Virus record (IMG/VR): IMGVR_UViG_3300022666_000200
Location: 1 to 37,007 of that record
Length of the DNA: 37,007 nt
Direction: 5' to 3' (one strand)
DNA from: a virus
Taxonomy: Duplodnaviria; Caudoviricetes
A program made the position numbers and the translations under genes. The notes beneath the pieces are model-generated. The model was not told the DNA's origin. It was given only the letters and a program-made list of their open reading frames with translations, and searched no databases. How positions within the stretch are numbered: the stretch's first letter is position 1; every line of letters starts with the position of its first letter. Below, one piece after another: positions 16,265-26,276 of the stretch.

Positions 16265-18442
16265 GTGTCGATCCTGCGATTCAATCGAAAGCAGCCGCTG
16301 GGTTCCGGAGGCCTGGCCCACTACGGGGCCATGTCGCACGCCGACACCGAATTCGGCTGGGTGCGAACCGCAGGAGGCGGAGCGATTCATGCCGAGTGGC
16401 TGTCTAACACACCCGACAACGCACGCGTCTATCTGAACGGCCAGGCTGGAAGCGCCGAACGGCCCTGGAATGAGTTTCAGTATCGGTTTGGCGGTGCCGT
16501 GTCCTCGGGCTTGCTCGTTCTCGACAGCTTCTGTGAGCACATGAACCACATGAACAGCTCGGAGGCGTGCGAGCACCGAATTCAGTTGCGAAGCGGTAGC
16601 ACCGTGGTCGCCGAACTGGTATTGACCCGTGATGCCACGTTGGGACCCATCGCACGCCTGGTGGGCGATGGGGAATCGAAGTACATCCTCCTGTCACCTC
16701 AATCGAACTTTCAGACCCTGCACGAGATCCTGTTGCTCAACTTGGACACGGGACGGTTGACGTGCCTGCTCGGTCATACGGATGCCGTCGTGAACGTCTA
16801 CATCAACCGCCATGACGCTGCCCTGATGGGACGATGCCATGCGTCGCGGTGGGGCACCGGAGACGAGGCCTCCGATGGGACGATCGGGGCGGCCCCGGCA
16901 GCCATCGATCGGGCGGTATGGCGGTTCCAGGACCCCGCCAACCCATCGCTTCAGAGCCATATGGAGTACGACGGGCGATGGGTGTCCATCGGGACCGATC
17001 CGCTATTCATCGTCGGAGACCCGTCGGCGATCGCTATGGCTGACCTGATCAACGGACGATCGTGTGGCGTCACGGCGATCCCCGTGGTGGGACCCGCCCA
17101 ACTGAATCTCTACACGCTCGAGGACTATGGACGGACGCTGTGTCAGCCGTCATCAGGAACCCGGATAGGAGAACCGTCGCTGGCATCGACGGCCGGTCCC
17201 ATGCCCGCACTGCTCGGCGTGGGCGGCAAACGGTTCATGGTGTGTGCCGGAAACGACGTGCCCCGCACCGGCTTCATCACTCAGCCCATGTCAGTGAGGT
17301 ACACCGGATCGGCCACGGCGGCCACGGTGGAGATCACCTCGACGGCGATGGTGATCCGAATCACGAACGGCGGTAACACGGTGACGTCCACACTGGACTG
17401 GGAGACCTATCCGTCCCTGGTCGATTTCGTCGGGGACGGTTCCGGCGTCTTCTTAGTCCCCGGCGTGAGCCATCCGGCTATCGGGGATGCGGCCTCACGG
17501 TTCCTGTCGCCCGGTTCGACGACATCACGATTCGTCCCGATGGCGCCGATCTCTATCCTGAACACCACGGTGAACCTGGACTATCGCGACTATCGACCGA
17601 TGACCATGATGCGGTCGGCGATCGAGTCGCTGGTGACGCAGATCCGCGGCATTACGGGTGTCGTTCCGATCGTGTGCACGCCGACACCTCGCGGTGGCGA
17701 AGGCTTCTCCCAGGAGGTCCGAACAGCATCGGCCCAGGCCGACGTCGAGGAATACCGAACATGGCTCCTGGAGATGTGCGACACGCTACAGATACCGGTG
17801 CTGGACCTATACACCCTCACCGGAACGGTGGGGCAGTTCAAGTCCGGTTACTCCTTGGCAGGAATTGCCCTGGACGCCAACGCGGTCACATTCGAGGATG
17901 CCCCGCTCTGGGCCGCCCTGCTGGATAGCATCAAGGCCCAATCCTCCACCGTACTGCCGAACACACTGGTCGGAACCGTGACGCCACGGAAGGCTCAGGT
18001 CTTCACCGCCCAAGCGATCGGCTCGGCCACGCTCGGAGACGCCCTCGCACGCTGCGGGACCATCTCCACGCCGGTCGGGGCTCGTGTGGCCACCGACAAC
18101 CTGGGGATCGGATCCAACGTCGAGGTGTTCCGACATGAACGACGAACCTTGTCGTTTGTGCTGACGGACGCCAGTGGAAGCCCGATTGATGTCCGCGGGA
18201 TATCGTTGCGATTCGTCGTTCACGACACCCAGGCGACGCCGACGACCACCCATGTGATGGAAGGCGACGACCTCACGGTATCCGGCGATGACGGCAATGT
18301 GATCAACGTGCATCTGACAGAGACGTCGACCGCGGCGGCCAGGCGGGACCTGGTTTACCGCCTGTGGAATGCAGACGACCAAGTGGTGTTGTCGCACGGC
18401 CAGTTCACCGTGCGGCAGGCCATCTACGTACTCGAGGCATAA
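16265..18442 (+). CDS. Large virion-associated protein with a degenerate SGNH/GDSL-like domain and a C-terminal BppU-like beta domain
   Basis: GGGGAGG RBS. FIVGDPS, CAGND, PIVCTPTP and IPVLDLY blocks. C-terminal TLSFVLTDASGSPIDVRG. Confidence 0.6.
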   Translation: MSILRFNRKQPLGSGGLAHYGAMSHADTEFGWVRTAGGGAIHAEWLSNTPDNARVYLNGQAGSAERPWNEFQYRFGGAVSSGLLVLDSFCEHMNHMNSSEACEHRIQLRSGSTVVAELVLTRDATLGPIARLVGDGESKYILLSPQSNFQTLHEILLLNLDTGRLTCLLGHTDAVVNVYINRHDAALMGRCHASRWGTGDEASDGTIGAAPAAIDRAVWRFQDPANPSLQSHMEYDGRWVSIGTDPLFIVGDPSAIAMADLINGRSCGVTAIPVVGPAQLNLYTLEDYGRTLCQPSSGTRIGEPSLASTAGPMPALLGVGGKRFMVCAGNDVPRTGFITQPMSVRYTGSATAATVEITSTAMVIRITNGGNTVTSTLDWETYPSLVDFVGDGSGVFLVPGVSHPAIGDAASRFLSPGSTTSRFVPMAPISILNTTVNLDYRDYRPMTMMRSAIESLVTQIRGITGVVPIVCTPTPRGGEGFSQEVRTASAQADVEEYRTWLLEMCDTLQIPVLDLYTLTGTVGQFKSGYSLAGIALDANAVTFEDAPLWAALLDSIKAQSSTVLPNTLVGTVTPRKAQVFTAQAIGSATLGDALARCGTISTPVGARVATDNLGIGSNVEVFRHERRTLSFVLTDASGSPIDVRGISLRFVVHDTQATPTTTHVMEGDDLTVSGDDGNVINVHLTETSTAAARRDLVYRLWNADDQVVLSHGQFTVRQAIYVLEA

Positions 18443-18444
18443 CC

Positions 18445-18870
18445 ATGGGCTACTGCACCGCCCAGGACATCTATGACGTCTTCCTTCAGACCGAGGTCGA
18501 TAGCTGGGTGGATCCCTCTGGCGTTCTGTCATCCGAACAGCGGGCGGCACGGCTGGAACGGGCCATCGCCTACGCGACGGCCGAGATTGACGACGCCCTT
18601 CGCGGCGGCCCGTACGTCCTGCCACTGACGGGAACTTCGACCGGGTCGATGGTTACGATCACCAACATCGCCGCGACGCTGGCGGGTGTCTGGCTGTACG
18701 AGGCCCGTGGTGTTGTGGATTTCAACCCCGACACCGGGGCCCCAAACCACCGTCTGACGTGGAAGCGGACGGAAGCCCGCAACGTGCTGAGAGACATCCG
18801 GTCTGGCCTCCGGGAACTCGATTGCGCCCGGGTCTTGTCGGCGCCGACGTCGCCGGGGGTGGTCCGGTGA
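18445..18870 (+). CDS. Head-tail adaptor, Mu gp36 / DUF1320 family
   Basis: MGYCTAQDI, AIAYATAEIDDALRGGPYVLPL and LRDIRSG. Confidence 0.85.
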   Translation: MGYCTAQDIYDVFLQTEVDSWVDPSGVLSSEQRAARLERAIAYATAEIDDALRGGPYVLPLTGTSTGSMVTITNIAATLAGVWLYEARGVVDFNPDTGAPNHRLTWKRTEARNVLRDIRSGLRELDCARVLSAPTSPGVVR

Positions 18871-19448
18871 GCGATATGGCACGCATTCGGGTGACGTATC
18901 AGATGCAGAACGCCGAGACGCTGCTGCGAAACGCCACGCCCGGATCCAGGGCGACCCGGAAGATACTGACGTCCTGGTCCACGCGATACAAGCGATCGTC
19001 CCACGCGCGCTTCCGTCTGCTGTCCCAGGCCGACGGTGGCGGCGTCTGGAAGCCCATGGCCGAAAGCACCAAGCGGCAGCGACGCCACGGACGCGGTGGA
19101 GGCCACAAACGAGGAACACAGGCATACCGCAAGGCCATCGCTTCGGGCGGAGGTCAGATCTCGCTGCTCTGGGACACCGGCCTGCTGAGAACGGCGCTCG
19201 ATCCGTCCGGCCAAGTGAAGCCTGGTGGCCTGCTCGAGTTCACGGATACGAACGTTCTGGTCGGATTCGGCGGGCCTGCAAAGCACGGGGAAGACGACTT
19301 CACAATCGCCCAGCTTGCGGAATGGCATCACTACGGCGGTACGAACGGACGTCCGCCCAAACGTGAACTCCTCGTTGAACCGACAGAGGACGTCAAGAGT
19401 GAGATGGTAAAGGACGCCGTCACGATCCTATCGGGGGGCTCGCGGTGA
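18867..19448 (+). CDS. Phage virion morphogenesis protein (Mu gpG-like)
   Basis: WKPMAESTKRQR, LWDTGLLR, AEWHHYG and PKRELL. Start is 18867 (GTGA overlap) or 18876. Confidence 0.8.
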   Translation: MSDMARIRVTYQMQNAETLLRNATPGSRATRKILTSWSTRYKRSSHARFRLLSQADGGGVWKPMAESTKRQRRHGRGGGHKRGTQAYRKAIASGGGQISLLWDTGLLRTALDPSGQVKPGGLLEFTDTNVLVGFGGPAKHGEDDFTIAQLAEWHHYGGTNGRPPKRELLVEPTEDVKSEMVKDAVTILSGGSR

Positions 19449-19954
19449 CCGAAGCAATCGTCAACCCGAACCCGTTCCGGATGCTCTACGATCTGCTCTG
19501 GCAGATCCTGGAAGACTCGGCCGACTTCTGCGAACTCGTCAAGCCCGGCAACAGAATCAAGTTCACAGGCAATGTCAGTAGCTTCGTGAAGGATCAGATG
19601 GGACAAGCAGACCTTCCCGAGGTACGCATCCTCCATTCTGGCGGAGAAACCAAGTATTTCATCGCCCAAGGCATTCACCAATGCGTGCGGAACCTTGTCT
19701 TGCAGATGACTACAGGGGACCTGCGTATTACCTCCATCCCGAGCGACCTGGAGTGGATCATCTTTCTGGCACTGGGGCAATGGCCGCAACGGGCGGGGGC
19801 GCTGACATGGAAGGACGAAACGTTCGTCAAGGAACTGCACATTAACGGCTCACAAACCGGGATCGTCCAAGACCACTTGGGCCCCGGAAATCGGGGCTGG
19901 ACGACGGTCTGGCAGTGCAGCGTCACATGCCGTTTCAAAACGATCCACCTGTAA
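19445..19954 (+). CDS. Probable tail terminator / tail completion protein
   Basis: Size and position just before the tube gene. GTGA coupling. Confidence 0.55.
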   Translation: MTEAIVNPNPFRMLYDLLWQILEDSADFCELVKPGNRIKFTGNVSSFVKDQMGQADLPEVRILHSGGETKYFIAQGIHQCVRNLVLQMTTGDLRITSIPSDLEWIIFLALGQWPQRAGALTWKDETFVKELHINGSQTGIVQDHLGPGNRGWTTVWQCSVTCRFKTIHL

Positions 19955-19966
19955 GGAGTTGAGAAC

Positions 19967-20758
19967 ATGGGCGTCATCAATGGCATGCTCGGGCTGGTCA
20001 ACGGGGTGGCCAACACCCGGAACTGGCAGGTGAAGTACAACACGAACCCTCAGGAAATCATCTCTTCGGCCAGCAAGGGCGGCGTCGATCGCTTCCTATG
20101 CGTCCGCGACTGGACGGGCAGTTACGCGGCGTTGGGCGGGGTGCCGGCGAGTATGCCCGGCGCGGCCCTGACGTTCAAGGGCGTGACCGACCAGACCTCA
20201 GGGGCTCAGAAGGGCTGTTACGGTACCGCCATCGTCGAATCGGTCTCGATCGCCTGGGACCTCGAAAGCGGCGCGCCGATCGCCCACACGGTGAATTTCG
20301 CCGGCAACGGTGTTCTCACGTGTGGGACCGTCAGCGGCATTACCGGAGACTCCGGGACGATCCCGGACGGTCCCCTGGGAACATTGGTGTTCACGGGCGG
20401 TCCGACGAACATCCAGCGGATCACCTTAACGATCACCGCCCGAAATGCTGCCTACTCCAGCAGTGGCACTTCCGGTTGGAAGAATCGCGTCAAGGGCGCA
20501 ATCGACGCCACGCTGGCCATCGCTGCGCTGGATGAGGCCCCGGACCTGTCGATTACTCCGGTTAGCAGCCTGGAGATCGCCACGGGCTCGGCCTGGACGT
20601 TCGGGGCCAACAGTTGGGCCCTGATCGACGCCGACGTCAACGATGACATCCAGGGAGCCGGCCTGGTCGTTGTGAACTACAACTGGGGCTTCAAGTCGAA
20701 CACCGGCACGATCACGGTGCCCGGCGGCGGTACGACGTGGTTCCCGGCGGCCGCCTAG
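19967..20758 (+). CDS. Major tail tube protein with two tandem tube-like repeats
   Basis: AAGGAG RBS, position before chaperone and tape measure, and the two halves align with each other. Confidence 0.75.
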   Translation: MGVINGMLGLVNGVANTRNWQVKYNTNPQEIISSASKGGVDRFLCVRDWTGSYAALGGVPASMPGAALTFKGVTDQTSGAQKGCYGTAIVESVSIAWDLESGAPIAHTVNFAGNGVLTCGTVSGITGDSGTIPDGPLGTLVFTGGPTNIQRITLTITARNAAYSSSGTSGWKNRVKGAIDATLAIAALDEAPDLSITPVSSLEIATGSAWTFGANSWALIDADVNDDIQGAGLVVVNYNWGFKSNTGTITVPGGGTTWFPAAA

Positions 20759-20812
20759 CGGCGCGTCGGTCGGATCGGGTTGGAAGGACATCACGACATA
20801 GGGAGCTAGCAC

Positions 20813-21268
20813 ATGAGTGACGGAACAGGCATGAACGCGGCAGAGGTAACGGGTGCTCCGGGCGAGGTGACCCTCGGCGGGCGTACGCTGACGATGGGTC
20901 CGATGACCTTGGGCGACTGGGGCCGGTTGAATCAGTTCCTTCGCAGCCAATACGTGGCGACGGCCCGTGCGAGCCTTGCCAAGGACGCCAATGAGTCCCA
21001 GCGGCGGATGACAGAAGAGGTCGCTCTGAAGGCCTCCTTCGGGATCACCTGGGAGGCGCCGGACGCTGCTGGTTATGTCGAGTCTTGGGAATGCATGACC
21101 TGGATTCTCTGGATGTCCATCAGCAAACACCACCCGGACATCACCCTGGAGTGGATTCGCAAGGCCCTGGATGACCTTCCGACGTTCCGTCGGCTGCGAC
21201 ACGACTGGGCCCGGATAAACAACCTAGTTGGCGGGGGGGAAAAAAAAGACTCACAGCAGACGGACTGA
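20813..21268 (+). CDS. Tail assembly chaperone (lambda gpG-like)
   Basis: Lies between tube and tape measure, with a G7A8 slippery run near its 3' end. Confidence 0.8.
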   Translation: MSDGTGMNAAEVTGAPGEVTLGGRTLTMGPMTLGDWGRLNQFLRSQYVATARASLAKDANESQRRMTEEVALKASFGITWEAPDAAGYVESWECMTWILWMSISKHHPDITLEWIRKALDDLPTFRRLRHDWARINNLVGGGEKKDSQQTD

Positions 21269-21446
21269 CCTGGAGTCCGTCTATCAATTGCTGGCCGATC
21301 TGCATGGGTGGACGGCTGAGCAGTGCGATGGACTGACACTCGACCAGGCTGGGATGTATCTGAGGAAACGTTCGCGACCGGACTCGCCGCTGGGCGGGAC
21401 TGAGTCGCTGTTCGCCTGGATGCGAGGTTTGAGACGTCATGGGTGA
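21228..21446 (+). CDS. Frameshift extension of the tail chaperone (gpT-like)
   Basis: LLADLHGWTAEQCDGLTLDQ motif, no clear RBS of its own, overlaps the slippery run and abuts the tape measure start. Confidence 0.75.
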   Translation: MAGGKKKTHSRRTDLESVYQLLADLHGWTAEQCDGLTLDQAGMYLRKRSRPDSPLGGTESLFAWMRGLRRHG

Positions 21447-23808
21447 GACCAACCGCGTTGCCTACGAGTTCACGCTGGACACCTCGGCCTTGGCTGAACG
21501 GCTGCGTGGTGTGAAGGCCGAGTTTCTCAACATGGAGAACACGGCCAAGTCCACCGCGCGTTCGATCAGCGACGCCATGCGGCAATCCGTGGCGGCCGGA
21601 TCCGGTGGCGGCGGCTTTCGAATGGCTGGTCTGTCCAGTGGTCCTACCGGCGGTACCGCATCGTCCGGGTTGGGCTACGTGGCTGCCGCGGCGAGACAAC
21701 GCGCCTTTCGCGAGAACATGATGGCGTCGCTGGCCGATTCCGAGAGAGCCGACAACGAACGGTTTTCCATTCGGATGTCCGGACTTCGGGAGACGATGCG
21801 ACGCGAGATGGGCACAGGGGCTGTGTCCAGTGACTTCTCGCCGCGCGGATGGTCGCAACGGATGGGGGGGAGCAATCAGACACTGTTCAAAGGCTACGAT
21901 CTGTCAGACCTCACGGCCATGGCTGGGAAGAAGGTTGGGGCAGCGGCCGAAGGAATGCCATTTCTTCAGAACCTCGGCATCACACAGGCCCTCGGGAAGT
22001 TCGGCGGGGCACTCCCCGGCATCGGTATTGCCGCGGGTGTCGGATCACTCGTTTCCCAGGCCTACGGGGCCGCATCTGAGAAGAACGCGTCCTTCGGCGA
22101 CCTGAGGCGATCGTTCAGAGCGATGGGGGCGTCCAATGCTGAGGGCGAGGCGAAACGCATTCGAGGTTTTGCCGAATCCATGGCCGACGTGACCCATTAC
22201 ACGCATGAGGAGGTGGAAGCGGCGTCGGCATTGGCATCTCGGCTCAGTGGGCTGACCGGGCCGGCACTGGACGAAGTCGCCAAGGTCGCCATTGGTCTTG
22301 CCGCACGCCTTGGGATGGATCTGCCGGAAGCCACGAAGCTGGCTGAGCGTTCCATGAACGGTCACACCGAGACGCTGGAACGATACGGCGTGAAGATCAC
22401 GGAGGGGGCCAGCGCGGCCACGAAGTGGCAAGAGGTGATGGCATACTCGGCCAGAGGCTTGGACCTGGAGAAGGAGAAGCTGAATAGCGTGTCCGGTGTC
22501 ATGTCGCGTCTTCGGAAGGAATGGTCGGACATGTTGGCCGAATCAGGGCAGCCGCTGACCTGGGTCGTCAATTGGGTGGTCAAGAAGACGGCCGGGGCGG
22601 CCGTGGAGACTATTGACGCGGCTCGGGAGGCAAATGCGGACTTCGGCACGCTGATCCGTGCCTTCTTTGGCAGCGAGGATGCCAAGAAGGAGATGGCAGA
22701 CCGGGCATCCTGGAAGCAGCAGAGCGACAACGCGAAGCGCACGAAGGTCGCGGAGGATGCTGAGGCTGCCCGGAAGAAGGCGGCCGAGGAAGAGGCCAAG
22801 GCCGAACAGGACAAGAAGGTTACAGCCTTTGCCGAAACAGCTGCCGCCTTGCGCGATCAGACCTCATCCTGGGACTTGGAGGCCCAAGGGCTGACCAGCC
22901 AGTTCGATGACAAGCGGATGAAGCTGGAAGACGAGTATCGCAAGAAGCTACGCGATGCCGGCAACGACAAGCAGAGGTCGGATGTGGAGAACTGGAAGCG
23001 CTCTGGTAGTGCGAAAATAGACTTCGAGGAGGCCAAGTACTGGGAGAAGTTCGACGAAGAGCTGTCGCCGCTGAGGCTTCGCGCGCAAGGGGCTGATGAG
23101 TGGACTATCAGGCGGAAAGAGATTGAGAATCAAGCCGCCCAAATGCGGCGGGAATTCGGACCAGCCCAAGCCTACAAAGCAGACGAGTGGGAGAAGGTGC
23201 ATCTGGCAGAGGGGTTGAGGCAGAAGAAGGAGGCCGAGAGAGGCGATTATGCGTCGATCGACCTGACTGCCCTCAAGGTATCGGGTGCTAACCCGTTCGC
23301 CCTGCGTGAAGCCCAGGCACTTCAGGAGTACGAGGCCAACGTCGCCAAGGGCATGGACGCTCTGTTAGCGAATAACCTCCGATGGTCTCGTCGAACAGAA
23401 ATCCAGTTCGATCGCGACGAAGTCAATCAGGGAATCCGCCGGCAAGCGGAACTCATGCAGACAGAACGGCTGTTCGGCAAGGCGGCATCACGGGAGAAGG
23501 GGCTGGAGTTCGAGGCCGAGGACCTCCGCAAGAAGGGCATCGATGATGAGACCATCCAGTCACTCATGGAAGAGAAGCGGTTGGCGATGGCCGAGCAGCC
23601 CACCTTCTCCGGCCTGACGGAGATGTGGGACAAGATTCAACTCTCCGCCGCACAGGGCGGGTCCGACCCCAATGCCCGAGCGAACGAATCCACCGCCAAG
23701 AACACTGAGAGGAGTGCCGCAACGCTGGAGAAGGTCCTGGCCGCCATCGAAAAGGGATTCGACAAGAAGAACGAGGCCCGCTTCGCCGCGGGAACTACGG
23801 TGGGATGA
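21439..23808 (+). CDS. Tail tape measure protein
   Basis: 789 aa, Ala/Glu/Lys-rich and helical, includes MNGHTETLERYGV, and follows the chaperone pair. Confidence 0.9.
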   Translation: MGETNRVAYEFTLDTSALAERLRGVKAEFLNMENTAKSTARSISDAMRQSVAAGSGGGGFRMAGLSSGPTGGTASSGLGYVAAAARQRAFRENMMASLADSERADNERFSIRMSGLRETMRREMGTGAVSSDFSPRGWSQRMGGSNQTLFKGYDLSDLTAMAGKKVGAAAEGMPFLQNLGITQALGKFGGALPGIGIAAGVGSLVSQAYGAASEKNASFGDLRRSFRAMGASNAEGEAKRIRGFAESMADVTHYTHEEVEAASALASRLSGLTGPALDEVAKVAIGLAARLGMDLPEATKLAERSMNGHTETLERYGVKITEGASAATKWQEVMAYSARGLDLEKEKLNSVSGVMSRLRKEWSDMLAESGQPLTWVVNWVVKKTAGAAVETIDAAREANADFGTLIRAFFGSEDAKKEMADRASWKQQSDNAKRTKVAEDAEAARKKAAEEEAKAEQDKKVTAFAETAAALRDQTSSWDLEAQGLTSQFDDKRMKLEDEYRKKLRDAGNDKQRSDVENWKRSGSAKIDFEEAKYWEKFDEELSPLRLRAQGADEWTIRRKEIENQAAQMRREFGPAQAYKADEWEKVHLAEGLRQKKEAERGDYASIDLTALKVSGANPFALREAQALQEYEANVAKGMDALLANNLRWSRRTEIQFDRDEVNQGIRRQAELMQTERLFGKAASREKGLEFEAEDLRKKGIDDETIQSLMEEKRLAMAEQPTFSGLTEMWDKIQLSAAQGGSDPNARANESTAKNTERSAATLEKVLAAIEKGFDKKNEARFAAGTTVG

Positions 23809-23811
23809 GAT

Positions 23812-24372
23812 ATGGCAATCACGGACACCACAACCGAACGCATTGGCGACGTGGTTCGTGTATCCGTGACCAGCAACCTCACCGCCCCGGTTTACTTTCA
23901 CTGGTATGTGGACGGCTGTTGGTTCGGATCGACGGATAAGCCGTCGCGGTCGTTCGTCATTCCCGAGGATCAGCAGCCACGCATCACCGTTATCGACACG
24001 GGCGACGAGTACTTCGACGGCCTCGCAGCGGCGACGGCCCACTGGTCGCACCGCCGGGTTCTCTGGTGGGTCCGGAGCCTCGATACCGACGTGGCGTACT
24101 ACCGAATCGAGCAGAGCAAGGACAGTGGGGCGTGGACGCCGATCGGTCGCGTCCCGCGGAACCGAGAACAATGGTCTTACGAGTTCTTCACGGATCGGTT
24201 GGACGACCTTTCGACGTATTCCTGGCGAGTGGTCCCCGTCGACGCAGTAGGCAACGACGGCGACCCGTTGTTACTCGGAACGGAGCGGATCGTCCGTCGG
24301 CCTGATGCCCCTGCCGTATCGGCGAGCTACTCGGCGGGCACGCGACGCGTGACCTTTGCGGAGGCCGAATAA
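23812..24372 (+). CDS. Tail-associated protein with a fibronectin-III-like domain
   Basis: DVAYYRIEQS...YSWRVVPVDAVGNDG is an FN3-type pattern. Confidence 0.6.
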   Translation: MAITDTTTERIGDVVRVSVTSNLTAPVYFHWYVDGCWFGSTDKPSRSFVIPEDQQPRITVIDTGDEYFDGLAAATAHWSHRRVLWWVRSLDTDVAYYRIEQSKDSGAWTPIGRVPRNREQWSYEFFTDRLDDLSTYSWRVVPVDAVGNDGDPLLLGTERIVRRPDAPAVSASYSAGTRRVTFAEAE

Positions 24373-25721
24373 TGGGCGTGGTATTCGACGGCTCCGAAGC
24401 CCTGAAGGTGTCCGGCCCCAGCGGGTTGTCAGGGATGTCCGCCTGCACATGGGCCTGCTGGTTGTATCTGAACGAATACCCTTCGACGGTCGATGGCGTC
24501 TTGGCCTTACACGACAGTGGCGGCAGCAACTTCCTGAAGGCCCTGTACCTATTCAAGAACGGAAGTGCCTACGAGCTGGTGGCACAGATCAGCTATTCCG
24601 GAACACCGAAATTGGCGGCCGCCCTGTGTCCACCTGTGGGTGAATGGCACCACATCGCCTTCCGATGGGCGTCGGCGGTGAACTCGGGATTGCCCGAGGT
24701 GTTCGTCGACGGCGTGGATGCGACGTCGCGAACCGATTCGGGTAGTGGTTCGCCAAATGATAGTGATACCGGCCCTCTGACCGTTGGCGCGGCACGGCTG
24801 GCGGCGTGGCTCTACATGGTAGGAGCGGTTTACGACGCAGCGATATGGGACAGTCGCCTTACGGACGGACAGATCGCGTCCTTGGCGGCGGGAACCGAAC
24901 GGCCCTCCGATCTTGGTGCGACGTGGTACTCCACGCTTTCCGGCCCGGACGGCGAGGCCGTGCAAGTTGGGGACGAAGGCCTGGACGACCTGGGAGATGG
25001 CCCGAACGATCTCGACACCATCGTCGGGACTCCGGTCTACTTCGCCGACCCTAACGACGAGCCGCCCGTTCCGGCGTCCGCCGACAAGGTCAAGGTGAAG
25101 GTCGGCGGCCTCGAAGTGATCAGCCTTCGGATCGCGGGCACGGTTGGCGGCGTCGTTCCTCTGATGGCCGCCGGCATGAACGGGCCCGGGTTGGGCCGTC
25201 TGCGATACGTGGCGGCCGATGCGACTCTCGCGTGGCGGGCCCCGTTCTCATTGAACTACGGAGCACCCGTGGACGTGTCCGCGGATGGGATCTATGTCCT
25301 GACCGACGGTGGCGATGTGGATAAGTGGTTCCGCGTCGAGGTGGTGGCGGCCTGTCTGCCGGCGGACGACGAGGAAGAGCTCGTGCAACTCCGCGACATC
25401 AGCAACAACGACGTCGCCAGCCACGATGTCACCGCGTCGGAATCCTCAGAGGGCGACGTCGAGATCTGGACGTTCTCCGTGGTCAACGAGAGCACCGAGA
25501 GGGTGCATGACTTGAGGGCGTGGCTGGCCACCGCCAATTCACACCTCTCCCTGTCGGCTAACGGCTCAACGTGGACGGGCCCAAACAATGAAGCCGACGG
25601 AATCGCCCTCGGCGATCTGTCACCAAGCGAAACAGCATCGCTGTATGTGCGGCGTTCGATCCAGGCAAGCACTGCGTCAGACCCGAGCGTCTTGGCACAC
25701 GTGCGGTTTTCTTACGGTTAG
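24372..25721 (+). CDS. Tail protein with an N-terminal LamG/concanavalin-like domain
   Basis: FDGS, TWACWLY, GEWHHIAFRW, VFVDG and GAVYDAAIWDSRLTDGQIASLA. Confidence 0.8.
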   Translation: MGVVFDGSEALKVSGPSGLSGMSACTWACWLYLNEYPSTVDGVLALHDSGGSNFLKALYLFKNGSAYELVAQISYSGTPKLAAALCPPVGEWHHIAFRWASAVNSGLPEVFVDGVDATSRTDSGSGSPNDSDTGPLTVGAARLAAWLYMVGAVYDAAIWDSRLTDGQIASLAAGTERPSDLGATWYSTLSGPDGEAVQVGDEGLDDLGDGPNDLDTIVGTPVYFADPNDEPPVPASADKVKVKVGGLEVISLRIAGTVGGVVPLMAAGMNGPGLGRLRYVAADATLAWRAPFSLNYGAPVDVSADGIYVLTDGGDVDKWFRVEVVAACLPADDEEELVQLRDISNNDVASHDVTASESSEGDVEIWTFSVVNESTERVHDLRAWLATANSHLSLSANGSTWTGPNNEADGIALGDLSPSETASLYVRRSIQASTASDPSVLAHVRFSYG

Positions 25722-25735
25722 GAGGTATCCAAGAC

Positions 25736-26230
25736 ATGGCCGTGTACACGCTGGTTCTGACCGGTCTGCAGACGGGAGGCACTGCCAACAGTTTCACAAC
25801 GATCGCAGGCATCAAGCTCGGCGGGGCCGCGGGATCCCGTGCCCGTCTGAGATCGTTGGAGGTTTCCGGCGGGGGTGGAGCAGCCCAGGACGTACAAGTC
25901 ACGTTGAAGGGATTTCGCCATACGAGCAACGGCTCGAATGATGGTACGCCCGGTTCTTCGCCGAACGTAAACACAGTCGGGAAGAACAATCCCAACAGCG
26001 TCGCATCCAACGTGTCGAGCATTGGGATCAACTACTCTGCCGAACCGCAGGCATTGGACACCGGCCCTTGTTGTGGCGGAGGGCTCAATAGTCGCGGGAC
26101 GTTCATCAAGGAGTATGACATCGTAACGGCCCCTGAGTGGAACAAAGACCAGATACTCTGCCTGCAGGCGTCGCCCGGGTCGGCGACACAGGTGAACCTC
26201 ACGGCAACGTTCGTGATCGAAGAGTTCTAG
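25736..26230 (+). CDS. Small beta-rich tail protein, paralog 1
   Basis: AGGAGG RBS. Shares motifs with the next two ORFs. Confidence 0.75.
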   Translation: MAVYTLVLTGLQTGGTANSFTTIAGIKLGGAAGSRARLRSLEVSGGGGAAQDVQVTLKGFRHTSNGSNDGTPGSSPNVNTVGKNNPNSVASNVSSIGINYSAEPQALDTGPCCGGGLNSRGTFIKEYDIVTAPEWNKDQILCLQASPGSATQVNLTATFVIEEF

Positions 26231-26276
26231 TGGGGCTTTCAACGGTCGGAGCTGTCGGCCACCAGGCGGGAACGCG

